The position numbers and the translations under genes were made by a program. A stretch of DNA of 63,882 bases, filler included, from Actinomycetota bacterium (GTDB taxonomy: Bacteria; Actinomycetota; Acidimicrobiia; IMCC26256; VFJJ01), in NCBI GenBank assembly GCA_009886115.1. It is 4 parts of 4 records of this genome, joined end to end, with 100 filler letters (N's around TTAATTAATTAA, not from the genome) between each part and the next. Parts side by side here need not be neighbours in the genome. Positions count along the whole stretch, not along the records: positions 17,762 to 43,239 come from VFJJ01000037.1; positions 43,340 to 59,391 come from VFJJ01000178.1; 2 more parts are not named here. The stretch is one strand, 5' to 3'. Under the pieces are notes generated by a model that saw only the letters and a list, made by a program, of their open reading frames with translations, made no database searches and was not told the DNA's origin. This document shows positions 39,370-48,658 of the stretch, piece by piece. Positions within the stretch are counted from its first letter, which is position 1; the number at the start of each line of letters is the position of its first letter.

Positions 39370-40958
39370 ACCTCCCCACGTTCACCGACACCCCCGACCC
39401 CTCCGACAGCTCCCCCGCCTCAGGCTCGGCCGGCGCCTACGGCCAGCTCGGCCTCCGACTGGCTGAGGCCGTCGCTCACCGGGTCGACTCGCTCGCTCCG
39501 ACGAGCACCGTCCGCCTGGCTCCCTACTCGGCGTTGCGGCGCAAGGCCGAGCGCGTCCGCAATACCCGCCGCTTCGCCATCGCCGCGGTCACCGGCGCGG
39601 TCGCCATCACCGCCGGCATCGCCGTGGGAACGGGTGTCTTCGGCGGCGACAACGAGATCGAGCTCGGCACCAACGAGCCCCCCACCCCCGAGGAGCAGGC
39701 CGCCGCCACCGTGGGCCGCTACGCCCCCACATTCGTGCCCGACGACCTCACCCTCCAGTCGGTGATGTACCAGGGCTCGGCCACCATCGAGCCTGTCGAC
39801 GACACCTGGGTACAGGTCTTCGCCCCCGAGACGGCCGACCTTGCCCACCCCGGCCTGCTCGTCTCGACCACGCCTCCACCGGACGTTGACTTCTACGAGT
39901 ATGGGGAGGAGCTCACCGTGGGCGGCCATCCCGCTTGGCTCGTAACCTCGGCAAGTGGGGCACTGCAGCTAGATGTTGAGCGGCCCGATGCAGTCATCCG
40001 GTTCTTCACGATCGACTTCACGCGTGCCGATCTCCTGGCGATCGCGGCCTCGGCCATTGTCGAGCCCGGTCGACGGGGTGTCGCTCTCGAAGGGCTTCCG
40101 GTCGGCTGGTCACAGGTGGTCTCTCAGATCGAATCCGCTGGACCACAGGTTGCGTTGTCGTACCGCGACGACGACGTGATGCGTCAGCTCAGTGTCGAGG
40201 CGTACGTGAGTCCGGCTTGGGCGGGATTCGAGATCCGCTGGGCCGCCGAGCCGGTGATCCTGGCCGACGGGGCCCAGGCGCAGCTGTTCCGCTCGTCCGA
40301 CGGATCCACAGCGATCTCCTGGCTCGCCGCCGACGGTGTGCGGATCACCATCTTCGCCTACCAGCTGGACGAGACCGAGGTTCTCGCCGTGGCCGACAGC
40401 GTGCGGTCCCTTGACCCCGACGAATGGGACGAGGTGGTGGCCAGCGCCAAAACCGTCGAGAACTACCTCAGGAACGATCCGAGTGCCGACGCCCAACAAA
40501 CTGCGACGACCGCAGCTACCCCGGTGGTCGCACTCCCTGGGTCCGGCCCCAACTGGCAGGACGCCGGCTTCGACCTCGACGAGCTGCCCGTCGGGTCGTG
40601 GCGCACCGCCGGTGAGTACTCGGGACCGTGGCTGGTCGCCCGCATCGATGACGACACGCTGGTCGGTGTGCTCAACTCGGACGCCAACCTGGCGGGCACG
40701 TGCTACATCCTGCCCGTGGGTGCCTCGAAGCCCATCCCCTTCGGGAGCCCCGTTGCGACCGGCACCGTCGCCGACCCCGACCGGCCCGGGGCGGCGGTGT
40801 TCGTCAACGACTGCACGGGAGCCACGTACTCTCTCAACGGCGACGTTGTGAGCGGATCGGCCGTCGGGTTGACGACGATCCCGGTGCGGATCACGGCAGA
40901 GGGCCGCGTCGAGTACGCCCCCGACAAGCCCCAAGCCGGCCGCCCCGCCGCCGCCTGA
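39366..40958 (+). CDS. Single-pass membrane protein, putative anti-sigma factor with a C-terminal Rieske-like domain
   Basis: ATGA coupling to the sigma gene; basic patch followed by TM FAIAAVTGAVAITAGIAVG; large extracytoplasmic region. Confidence 0.75.
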   Translation: MNLPTFTDTPDPSDSSPASGSAGAYGQLGLRLAEAVAHRVDSLAPTSTVRLAPYSALRRKAERVRNTRRFAIAAVTGAVAITAGIAVGTGVFGGDNEIELGTNEPPTPEEQAAATVGRYAPTFVPDDLTLQSVMYQGSATIEPVDDTWVQVFAPETADLAHPGLLVSTTPPPDVDFYEYGEELTVGGHPAWLVTSASGALQLDVERPDAVIRFFTIDFTRADLLAIAASAIVEPGRRGVALEGLPVGWSQVVSQIESAGPQVALSYRDDDVMRQLSVEAYVSPAWAGFEIRWAAEPVILADGAQAQLFRSSDGSTAISWLAADGVRITIFAYQLDETEVLAVADSVRSLDPDEWDEVVASAKTVENYLRNDPSADAQQTATTAATPVVALPGSGPNWQDAGFDLDELPVGSWRTAGEYSGPWLVARIDDDTLVGVLNSDANLAGTCYILPVGASKPIPFGSPVATGTVADPDRPGAAVFVNDCTGATYSLNGDVVSGSAVGLTTIPVRITAEGRVEYAPDKPQAGRPAAA

Positions 40959-40996
40959 CGAGCGAGCCCCGTCGACCCACCGACCCCGCACCGGCC

Positions 40997-41045
40997 GTTC
41001 TTTGTGTCTACGACCGCTTCAGGAGTGGGCCTGGACGCAAAGAAC
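40997..41045. repeat. 49-nt palindromic REP-like element, copy 2 (may also act as a terminator)
   Basis: GTTCTTTGTG...CGCAAAGAAC; same length and ends as 38728-38776. Confidence 0.75.
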
Positions 41046-41069
41046 GGGCAGGCAGCCGCGGCGGAACCG

Positions 41070-41345
41070 CTAGGCCAGGGGCAGGCTGGCGAGCTGCGAG
41101 ATGAGGGCTTCCTTGCGCTCCTCGAACACCTCGAAGCTGATCACCTTGTCGTCGAACTCCTGGTGCAGGGTCTTCATCTCGACCAGGAGATCGGCCATCG
41201 TGGCGCCGCTGTGGCTCACCGGCTCGTCCGACTCGGGCGCGTCGTCGTCGCCCTTGTCCTGGCGCTTCTCGCGCTTGGCGGCGGCCTTGGCCTTCTTGGC
41301 TCGTTCGCGTTGCAGCTTCTCGAACGTCGTGCGTTGCGTACCCAT
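41070..41345 (-). CDS. Small hypothetical protein: basic N-terminal helix and SHOCT-like C-terminus
   Basis: GAGGAG RBS; QRTTFEKLQRERAKKAKAAAKR; ISFEVFEERKEALI. Confidence 0.7.
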   Translation of the reverse strand: MGTQRTTFEKLQRERAKKAKAAAKREKRQDKGDDDAPESDEPVSHSGATMADLLVEMKTLHQEFDDKVISFEVFEERKEALISQLASLPLA

Positions 41346-41440
41346 GAAAACTCCTCGCAGCCACCGGTCCGTCGTGGAGATGAGCCGCCGGCACGATCGA
41401 GGCCAGCAGCGAGGACGGTGGGAATCGTGACCCGCCTACC

Positions 41441-42163
41441 TTACGGCTTCGACGCTCGTTTCCCCGCCTCGGGACCGACCTCCGAAACGGCCGAACCGGG
41501 CTCAAGGGGGATGCGCCAGTCGACGGGCTCCCGACCGGCAGCCACGAGCGCCTCGTTGGCCCGCGAGAACGGCCGGCTACCGAAGAACCCGTTGCGAGCC
41601 GACAACGGCGACGGATGCGCAGACTCGATCACCGTGTGGCGGTCGGTGTCGATGAGGGCCTTCTTGCGCCGGGCGTAACCGCCCCAGAGGATGAACACGA
41701 CCGGCTCGGTTTTGGCGGCGACGACCCTGATGACCTCGTCGGTGAACGTCTCCCAGCCCTGGCCCTGGTGTGACGCCGCCTGGTGGGCCCGCACGGTCAG
41801 AACGGCGTTCAGCAGCAGCACGCCCTGGCGGGCCCAGCACTCGAGGTTGCCGTGGCCGGGGGACGCGACGCCGAGATCGGCCTCGAGCTCGGCGAAGACG
41901 TTCACGAGCGAGGGCGGCGGCGTCACTCCCGGGCGCACCGAGAAGCAGAGCCCATGGGCCTGGCCGGGGCCGTGGTAGGGGTCCTGGCCGAGGATCAGCA
42001 CTTTGGTCTGGGCGTACGGCGTGAGGTGCAGCGCCGAGAAGACCTCCTCGGCGGGAGGGAACACGCTGGCCCGAGCGCGCTCGGCGGCGACGAACGCTTG
42101 CAGCTCCTGCCAGTAGGGCTTGACCAGCTCGCCGCCGAGCACGGGGTTCCAGTCGGTCTTCAT
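41441..42163 (-). CDS. ung: Uracil-DNA glycosylase (family 1)
   Basis: GQDPYH, PPSL.N, VLLLN, LWG, HPSPLS. Confidence 0.96.
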   Translation of the reverse strand: MKTDWNPVLGGELVKPYWQELQAFVAAERARASVFPPAEEVFSALHLTPYAQTKVLILGQDPYHGPGQAHGLCFSVRPGVTPPPSLVNVFAELEADLGVASPGHGNLECWARQGVLLLNAVLTVRAHQAASHQGQGWETFTDEVIRVVAAKTEPVVFILWGGYARRKKALIDTDRHTVIESAHPSPLSARNGFFGSRPFSRANEALVAAGREPVDWRIPLEPGSAVSEVGPEAGKRASKP

Positions 42164-42203
42164 CCCAGGTCCGACGCTACCAACCGCTCCGGTACAGTGA
42201 TCA

Positions 42204-42219
42204 CTGACACAGACGTCAG
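42204..42219. promoter_or_regulatory. Candidate operator CTGAC-N6-GTCAG
   Basis: Palindrome 22 nt upstream of the ACAD start; recurs at 44662, 51562 and 58240. Confidence 0.5.
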
Positions 42220-42241
42220 GAAACACGGCGAAGGTTGAACG

Positions 42242-43239
42242 ATGCAGCGCAGCCTCTTCGACGACGAGCACGTGCAGTTCCGGTCCAGCTTCCGGCGCTT
42301 TCTCGACAAGGAGATGGTTCCCCACATCGACGAGTGGGAGCGGGCCGGGATCGTCCCCCGCGAGGTGTTCCTCGCGGCCGGCACCCACGGCTTCCTCGGG
42401 ATGGCCATCCCCGAGGAGCACGGCGGTGGCGGCACGCTCGACTTCCGCTACAACCTGGTGATCAGCGAGGAGATCCAGCTCTCGGGCGTCGGGGCCTCGG
42501 GCATCGGCATCACCTTGCACAACGACATCTGCCTGCCCTACTTCTTGACCCTCGCCACCGACGAGCAGCAGCAGCGCTGGTTGCCAGGCATCGCGTCGGG
42601 CGAGCTCATCACCGCCATCGCCATGACCGAGCCGGCCATCGGTTCCGACCTGGCGTCGATGTCGACGAGCGCCATCCGCGACGGCGACCACTACATCGTC
42701 AACGGTGCCAAGACATTCATCACCAATGGCATCAATGCCGATCTCGTCGTCACCGCAGTCAAGACCGATCCCACGCTGCGCCACAAAGGAATGTCGCTGC
42801 TCGTTGTTGAACGCGATATGGACGGGTTCGAGCGCGGCCGTAATCTTGAGAAACTCGGCCTCCACGCGCAAGACACCGCCGAGCTCTTCTTCACAGACGT
42901 GTCGGTACCGGTCGAGAACCGGCTCGGCAACGAGGGCTCGGGCTTCACCTCCCTGGTCACCAAGCTGCCCCAGGAGCGACTGTCGATCGCGGTCCAGGCT
43001 GTCGCCGCCAGCCGGGCCGCCTTCGAGTGGACGCTCAGCTATGTGAAGGAGCGGACGGCGTTCGGCCAGAAGATCGGGTCGTTCCAGAACTCCCGCTTCG
43101 TGATGGCCGAGATCGCCACCGAGGTCGACATCGCGCAGACCTACGTCGATCGCTGCGTGATGGCCCTCAACGCCGACGAGCTCACGCCCGAGGAAGCCGC
43201 GCAGGCCAAGTGGTGGTGCACCGAGTTGCAAAAACGCAC
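42242..43239 (+). CDS. Long-chain-type acyl-CoA dehydrogenase, 3' truncated by the gap
   Basis: AIAMTEP.IGSDL, NGAKTFITNG, QDTAELFF, QERL, RTAFGQKIGSFQ. Confidence 0.94.
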
Positions 43240-43339
43240 NNNNNNNNNNNNNNNNNNNNNNNNNNNNNNNNNNNNNNNNNNNNTTAATTAATTAANNNNN
43301 NNNNNNNNNNNNNNNNNNNNNNNNNNNNNNNNNNNNNNN
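43240..43339. other. Artificial contig spacer
   Basis: N44-TTAATTAATTAA-N44. Confidence 0.99.
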
Positions 43340-43742
43340 CCTCGCGAGGCGAAGTCGACGCCCAGGAGGTCGAACTCCTCCTTCATCCAGCCCGTCCCGA
43401 AGCCGCACACCAGCCGCGAACCCGACAGGATGGCGACGGTGCCGATGGCCTTGGCCAGGCTGAAGGGATCGCGCAACGGCGCGATGTGCACGCCGGTCGA
43501 GAAGGTGATGCGTTCGGTCGCCTGGGCCATCGACGCGATGGCGATCCACACGTCGGGCCAGACGCTGTCGGGATCCCAGGTGGTCTCACCGTCGCCGCTG
43601 TAGGGATAGCGCGAGGCGACATCGGCCGGTGTACGAGGTGATCGGGAAGCGCGATCCCATCGAACACGTGGGCCTCGGCGGCCCGGGCGACGGGGACGAG
43701 CTGCTCGAGCTCGATGAATCCTGCGTTCAGCCAGTACCGCAC
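43340..43742 (-). pseudogene. LLM class F420-type oxidoreductase, frameshifted at ~43632 and 3' truncated by the gap
   Basis: ...FDGIALPDHLV, then shifted TPADVASRYPYSGDG...WPDVW...LRDPFSLAK...GTGWMKEEF. Confidence 0.8.
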
Positions 43743-43756
43743 GACGATCCCGTTCC

Positions 43757-44626
43757 TCAGCGAAGCTCGGCGACGAGCGGGGCGTACCGGTCGAGGAACG
43801 GCATCGTGGTCGACGGGTCGTCCCAGCCCTGTCGGCTCCCGCCGAGCACCACCCGTTCGACGTCGTAGCTGCGATACAACGCCAGGGTCTCGGCCGTGGG
43901 ATCGCCGAAGGCGACCAGGGTGATCGGGATCACGGCCGGGTCGCGTCCGGCCTCAGAGGCTGCGGCGCGGAACTTCCCGATCTTCCTGCCCACGCCGGCG
44001 GCATCGCCGAGCGCGACGTCCATCGGCATCCAACCGTCGGCGTTGGCCACGGTGTGCACGGTTCCCAAGCGGCCGCCCACGCCGTAGTGGACCGCCGGAT
44101 GGGGCCGTTGCAGAGGCTTGGGCAGCGACCAGATGGGATCGAAGTCGTAGTACTCGCCGTGGTACTCGGAGTGGTCGTCGCTCCAGAGCCGGCGTAGGGC
44201 ACCAACGCACTCGTTCAACGCCCGGTAGCGCTGCGCCCAGGGGACCGGCCGATGGTTGGCGAGCTCCTCGACGTTCCAGCCCACGCCCACGCCAAACTCG
44301 AAGCGCCCGCCGCACAGGCGATCGAGGGTGGCGACGGTCTTGGCCAAGGCCAGCACATCGTGCTCGAGCGGCAGTGCGACGGCCGTGCCGAGCTTCAGCG
44401 CCGCGGTGGCGGTTGCCGCGAGCATCAGGCTCACGTAGGGATCCATCATCCGGCGGTACTGGTCGGGGAGCTCACCGCCGGCCGGGTATGGGGTGCGCTG
44501 CTCGACCGGGATGTGCGTGTGCTCTCCCATCCACAGCGACTCGAAGCCCCGCTCCTCCAACGCACGAGCGAGCGCGTCGGGCCGGATCTCCTCGGCCGTG
44601 TTCATCGACGAGAATCCCAGATCCAC
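43757..44626 (-). CDS. LLM class F420-dependent oxidoreductase (Rv2161c-like)
   Basis: SLWMGEHTHIP, DPYV, LAKTVATLD, GVGWNVEE, PKPLQRPHP. Confidence 0.92.
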   Translation of the reverse strand: MDLGFSSMNTAEEIRPDALARALEERGFESLWMGEHTHIPVEQRTPYPAGGELPDQYRRMMDPYVSLMLAATATAALKLGTAVALPLEHDVLALAKTVATLDRLCGGRFEFGVGVGWNVEELANHRPVPWAQRYRALNECVGALRRLWSDDHSEYHGEYYDFDPIWSLPKPLQRPHPAVHYGVGGRLGTVHTVANADGWMPMDVALGDAAGVGRKIGKFRAAASEAGRDPAVIPITLVAFGDPTAETLALYRSYDVERVVLGGSRQGWDDPSTTMPFLDRYAPLVAELR

Positions 44627-44661
44627 CGTTTCCCCTTCGGTCGCCGTTCGCCGCACGCTAC

Positions 44662-44691
44662 TTGACGAGTGTGTCAGCTCGATGGTGTCAT
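44662..44691 (+). promoter_or_regulatory. TTGACG -35 overlapping a TGAC-N6-GTCA operator; probable leaderless promoter of the CoA ligase
   Basis: TTGAC-GAGTGT-GTCAG (44662-44677); TGTCAT at 44686-44691, 5 nt before ATG 44697. Confidence 0.5.
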
Positions 44692-44696
44692 GCCCC

Positions 44697-46265
44697 ATGA
44701 CCGGCACCGGCTCCACCCCTATCGATCCGCGAACCTGCACCACCTTCTGGGAGCTCCTCTCGCGGCGGGCCGAGCTCTCGGGCGACCGACCGGCCCTCAT
44801 CGACGAGAGCGATCGCTCGTTCACCTTCGGCGAGTGGGTCGTCTGGAGCGAGCGGGTCGCCGCCGGCCTCATGCGCCTTGGCATCGGGCCCGGAACACGT
44901 GTGAGCTGGCAGCTCCCGACTCGGATCGAGACCGCCGTGTTGATGCTGGCCCTGGCTCGGCTCGGGGCCGTCCAGAACCCGGTGATCCACTTGTACCGCG
45001 AGCGCGAGGTCGCGGCGCTCGTGCGCCAGACCGAGGCCGAGTGGCTGATCGTGCTCGGGTCGTGGCGAGGGTTCGACTACGAGGCGATGGCCACCAAGGT
45101 GCTGGCGCAGACGGGGAGCGCGGCCCAGCTCCTGGACCTCGATGACGGGCTCGGCGACGGGCTGCCCGAAGGCGACCCGGCCACCCTGCCTCCGCCGCCT
45201 GCTGACGGCACGACCGTCCGCTGGATCTACTCCACCTCGGGAACCACCTCCGAGCCCAAGGGGGTTCGCCACACCGATCAGACGCTGCTCTTCGGCGGAT
45301 GGGGATCGGTGGCCACCCTCGACCCGGCACCGTCCGACGTCACGTCGATGGGCTACCCCATCGCCCACATCGGAGGGCCGCTGCAGCTCATCATCAGCCT
45401 GTCGCGGGCGCTTCCGATGGTGCTGATCGAAGCCTTCGTCCCCGAGCTGGCATTGGAGGTGTTCCGCCGCCATGGCGTCACCATGGCCGGAGGCAGCACT
45501 GCGTTCTACCTTGCGTTCCTGAACGAGCAGCGCAAGGACCCGTCGACGCCGATCCTTTCGAGCCTGCGGATGCTCCTAGGCGGGGGGGCGCCCAAGCCGC
45601 CCGATCTCTACTGGCAGGTGCAGCGGGAGTTGGACGTGCGCATCCAGCATGGCTACGGCATGACCGAGTGCCCGATGATGGCCAACGGTGACGCTCGTGA
45701 CACCGACGAGCAGCTTGCCAACTCCGATGGTGCGCCGGTGCCGGGATGCGAGATCCGCATCTGCTCCGGAGCCGACGGGTTGCCGGTGGCGACCGAGGTC
45801 GTCGGCGAGATCCAGGTGCGCGGACCCATGCTGTCGAAGGGCTATCTCGACGCCGAGCTGACCCGTGAGAGCTTCCTGGCCGACGGCTGGTTCCGCACCG
45901 GCGACGTGGGCTGTCTCCGACCCGACGGCCATGTCGTGCTCACCGGGCGCACCAAGGACATGATCATCCGCAAGGGCGAGAACATCGCCGCTCGCGAGGT
46001 CGAGGACGTGTTGCAGACCCATCCCAAGGTGGGCGCCGTGGCCGTCATCGGCCTCGCCGATGCCGAACGGGGCGAGCGGGTGTGCGCAGTGGTCGAGACC
46101 CGTCCCGGCTCGGATCCCATGTCGTTCCTGGAGATGCAGGAGCACTGTCGCGAGGCCGGGCTGATGGCCCAGAAGATCCCCGAGCAACTCGAGATCATCG
46201 ACGCCCTCCCACGCAATCCCACGCTCAAGATCCGCAAGGACGAGCTCCGCGCCCGCTACGGGTGA
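44697..46265 (+). CDS. Acyl-CoA ligase (cyclohexanecarboxylate-CoA ligase-like)
   Basis: YSTSGTTSEPKGVRH, GYGMTE, WFRTGD, GRTKDMIIRKGENI. Confidence 0.92.
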   Translation: MTGTGSTPIDPRTCTTFWELLSRRAELSGDRPALIDESDRSFTFGEWVVWSERVAAGLMRLGIGPGTRVSWQLPTRIETAVLMLALARLGAVQNPVIHLYREREVAALVRQTEAEWLIVLGSWRGFDYEAMATKVLAQTGSAAQLLDLDDGLGDGLPEGDPATLPPPPADGTTVRWIYSTSGTTSEPKGVRHTDQTLLFGGWGSVATLDPAPSDVTSMGYPIAHIGGPLQLIISLSRALPMVLIEAFVPELALEVFRRHGVTMAGGSTAFYLAFLNEQRKDPSTPILSSLRMLLGGGAPKPPDLYWQVQRELDVRIQHGYGMTECPMMANGDARDTDEQLANSDGAPVPGCEIRICSGADGLPVATEVVGEIQVRGPMLSKGYLDAELTRESFLADGWFRTGDVGCLRPDGHVVLTGRTKDMIIRKGENIAAREVEDVLQTHPKVGAVAVIGLADAERGERVCAVVETRPGSDPMSFLEMQEHCREAGLMAQKIPEQLEIIDALPRNPTLKIRKDELRARYG

Positions 46266-46312
46266 CGGTGCGGTGAAGGCCGGAGTGGCCGGCCCCGGCT
46301 TCGGGTCACCCT

Positions 46313-46705
46313 TCACTCACCGATGGGCCAGTGCTCCACGCTGAGCTCCGGCATGGGGAAGTCGGCCACGTTGGCCGTTGCCAGGGCGGCCCCGATCCCC
46401 ACCGCGGCGGCGGCAATCAAGCAGTCGGGCTGATGGACGGTGAGGCCCTGGCTGGCGAGTTGACGCCGCCAGCTACCGGCCCGCATCCCCTCGGCCACCC
46501 CGAGCGGGGCCAGTCGGAGGCCCCGGAACAAGCGCTGGGCGACCGGCTCCTCACTGGGGCGCAGGCCACGCCAGATCTCCTCGACCGAGATCACGCACAC
46601 CCATGGTTCAACCCCAAGCCGCCGGAGACCTGCCAGACGACGTGCGGCTGGACGACCTCGCAGAGCGTCGATGATCACGCTCGAGTCCAACAACAATCGC
46701 CCCAA
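46313..46705 (-). CDS. vapC: PIN-domain toxin (type II TA)
   Basis: LLDSSVIID, SVEEI, DCLIAA, TANVADF acidic PIN tetrad; TTG start. Confidence 0.9.
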   Translation of the reverse strand: MGRLLLDSSVIIDALRGRPAARRLAGLRRLGVEPWVCVISVEEIWRGLRPSEEPVAQRLFRGLRLAPLGVAEGMRAGSWRRQLASQGLTVHQPDCLIAAAAVGIGAALATANVADFPMPELSVEHWPIGE

Positions 46706-46708
46706 CGT

Positions 46709-46948
46709 TCAGCCTGCTCGGCGAACGTCGACGTGGCGCTGTTGCTTCACCCAGAGCGCGGGATCGTCGTCCCAGTCGTGACCTCCGTCAGCGATCTGGC
46801 CGAGCGACGCTTCGATGTCGTCCCAGCGCTGCTCGTCGTCGAGACCACGCCGAACGAGCTCCGCTATGAACGCGCTCCGCCGACGAGCACCGGCTCGTCG
46901 ATCGATCTCGGCCACCAGCTCGTCGTCCAACGCCAGGTGCAATCTCAT
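46709..46948 (-). CDS. vapB: Ribbon-helix-helix antitoxin
   Basis: MRLHLALDDELVAEIDRRAG..RRSAFIAELVR; lies directly upstream of the PIN gene. Confidence 0.85.
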   Translation of the reverse strand: MRLHLALDDELVAEIDRRAGARRRSAFIAELVRRGLDDEQRWDDIEASLGQIADGGHDWDDDPALWVKQQRHVDVRRAG

Positions 46949-46965
46949 GGGCCAAGCTTAGCCCA
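46948..46965 (-). promoter_or_regulatory. Leaderless -10 (TAAGCT) within an 18-bp near-palindromic TA operator
   Basis: TGGGCTAAGCTTGGCCCA, whose final A is the A of the vapB ATG. Confidence 0.6.
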
Positions 46966-46975
46966 CAGAACTGCG

Positions 46976-47797
46976 TCAGCGGCCGCCTTCGCGGATCATC
47001 GACTCCTGGGCGAACGAGGCCACGAGTGCGCCGGACGCGTCGTAGGCGTGACCCGTCCCGAAGCCGCGGGCCCCCGCCAATATCGGGCTCTCCTGGGCGA
47101 AGAGCACCCAGTCGTCGATTCTCAGCGGCCGGTGGAACCAGATGGAGTGCGTCACGGGCGCGGTGTGGAGGCGCCCGGGCGAGTCGGCCTGGCTGAGACC
47201 GTCGATCGGCAACAGCGTGGTACCGATGAGCGTGAGGTCGGACGCGAACGCCAGGATCCCCTGGTGGTGCGCCTGGTCGTCGCCGAGCGGGCGGGGGACC
47301 CGGAGCCACAGGTTGAAGCGGGGCGGGCGCACGGCGGGGTCGGAGAGGTCGATGCCGTCGACGACGCGCACGTCGATCGGAAGCATGTCGAGCTCGGTGG
47401 CCACGGCGTCTTCGGGACGGCCGACGGCGGGCTGGGGTACCTGGTGCTCGAGCCCGCTCTCCTCGGGAGCGTGACACGAGACCTGCGCCACCATGATCGG
47501 CTTGCCCGAGCTCTGCACAGCGGTGAGCGTGCGGGTGGAGTAGGCCCGGCCATCATGGGGACGGACGACGCGGAACTCGACCGGCTCCTCGGTGAGACCC
47601 TCGCGGGGGAAGACCACGTGCATCGACTTCACCGTCTTATCGGTGTCGGCGGCAGCGATGCCGATCACCTGGGCGAGGAGCTGACCGCCGAAGATGCGGT
47701 AGTACTCCATGTCGATGTTGGGTGCGGTGTAGGTGTCGTCGCCGGTCTTTTCGACCTGGAGGGAGGTCAGGATCTGGTCAAGGTCGATGAAGGCCAT
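46976..47797 (-). CDS. Acyl-CoA thioesterase II (TesB-like)
   Basis: IFGGQLLAQ, HDGRAYSTR, FASDL, HSIWFHRP, FAQESMIR. Confidence 0.92.
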   Translation of the reverse strand: MAFIDLDQILTSLQVEKTGDDTYTAPNIDMEYYRIFGGQLLAQVIGIAAADTDKTVKSMHVVFPREGLTEEPVEFRVVRPHDGRAYSTRTLTAVQSSGKPIMVAQVSCHAPEESGLEHQVPQPAVGRPEDAVATELDMLPIDVRVVDGIDLSDPAVRPPRFNLWLRVPRPLGDDQAHHQGILAFASDLTLIGTTLLPIDGLSQADSPGRLHTAPVTHSIWFHRPLRIDDWVLFAQESPILAGARGFGTGHAYDASGALVASFAQESMIREGGR

Positions 47798-47884
47798 GGG
47801 ATGTCTCTCTCGTGATCGTGCGGGCGGAGGGGACCGCGCGGTGGGGACCGCGCGGTGGTGGCGGTGGCGGTGCGGGAGCGGTCG

Positions 47885-48658
47885 TTAGTGCTCGAGCTCG
47901 CGGGTGGGGCCGGCGAGGTGGCCGCCGTCGACGACGATCCCGGTACCCGTGACGTACGACGACTCGTCGCTGGCGAGGAACAGCACCACGTTGGCCACCT
48001 CGATCGGAAGTCCCATGCGGGCGATGGGTTGCACGGCCGTGTACCGGTGGAGACGGGCCATCACCTCGGGGCTGGCGGCGTCGAGCATGGTCGAGGCGAT
48101 GATCCCGGGATGCACCGAGTTGACCCTGATCCCCCGAGCCCCGAGCTCGAGCGCCGCCGACTTCGTGATACCGGTGACCGCGAACTTGCTCGCCGTGTAG
48201 CTGGCCATGCCGGCCACCCCGGCGATCCCGTCGATCGATGAGATGTTGACGATCGACCCACCGCCGGCTCGTCCCATGGCGGGCACCGCGGCTCGGATCC
48301 CGTGCCACGTGCCGTTGAGGTGAACATCGATCTGGCGGTCGTGGTCGTGGCGCGATGTCGTGAGCATCGGATGCGGTGACACGCCGATCCCGGCGTTGTT
48401 GACGAGAACGTCGAGACGGCCGAAGCGCTCCTCGGCGAGGCTCACCGCGGCGTGCCACTGCTCCTCGTCGGTCACGTCGAGATGGACGTAGGCGCCTCGG
48501 TCGCCCAGCGATTCGGCCGTCTGAGCGCCGAGATCGTCGAGCACATCGGAGACCACGACGCGCGCACCTTCGCGAACGAAGAGCCGCGCCTCCTCGGCGC
48601 CCATGCCCCGGGCCGAACCCGAGATGAGAGCGACCTTGCCATCGAGCCGTCCGGTCAT
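47885..48658 (-). CDS. SDR, 3alpha,20beta-hydroxysteroid dehydrogenase-like
   Basis: SGSARGMG, YVHLDVT, NNAG, YTASKFAV.GITKSAALELG, IRVNSVHPG. Confidence 0.92.
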   Translation of the reverse strand: MTGRLDGKVALISGSARGMGAEEARLFVREGARVVVSDVLDDLGAQTAESLGDRGAYVHLDVTDEEQWHAAVSLAEERFGRLDVLVNNAGIGVSPHPMLTTSRHDHDRQIDVHLNGTWHGIRAAVPAMGRAGGGSIVNISSIDGIAGVAGMASYTASKFAVTGITKSAALELGARGIRVNSVHPGIIASTMLDAASPEVMARLHRYTAVQPIARMGLPIEVANVVLFLASDESSYVTGTGIVVDGGHLAGPTRELEH

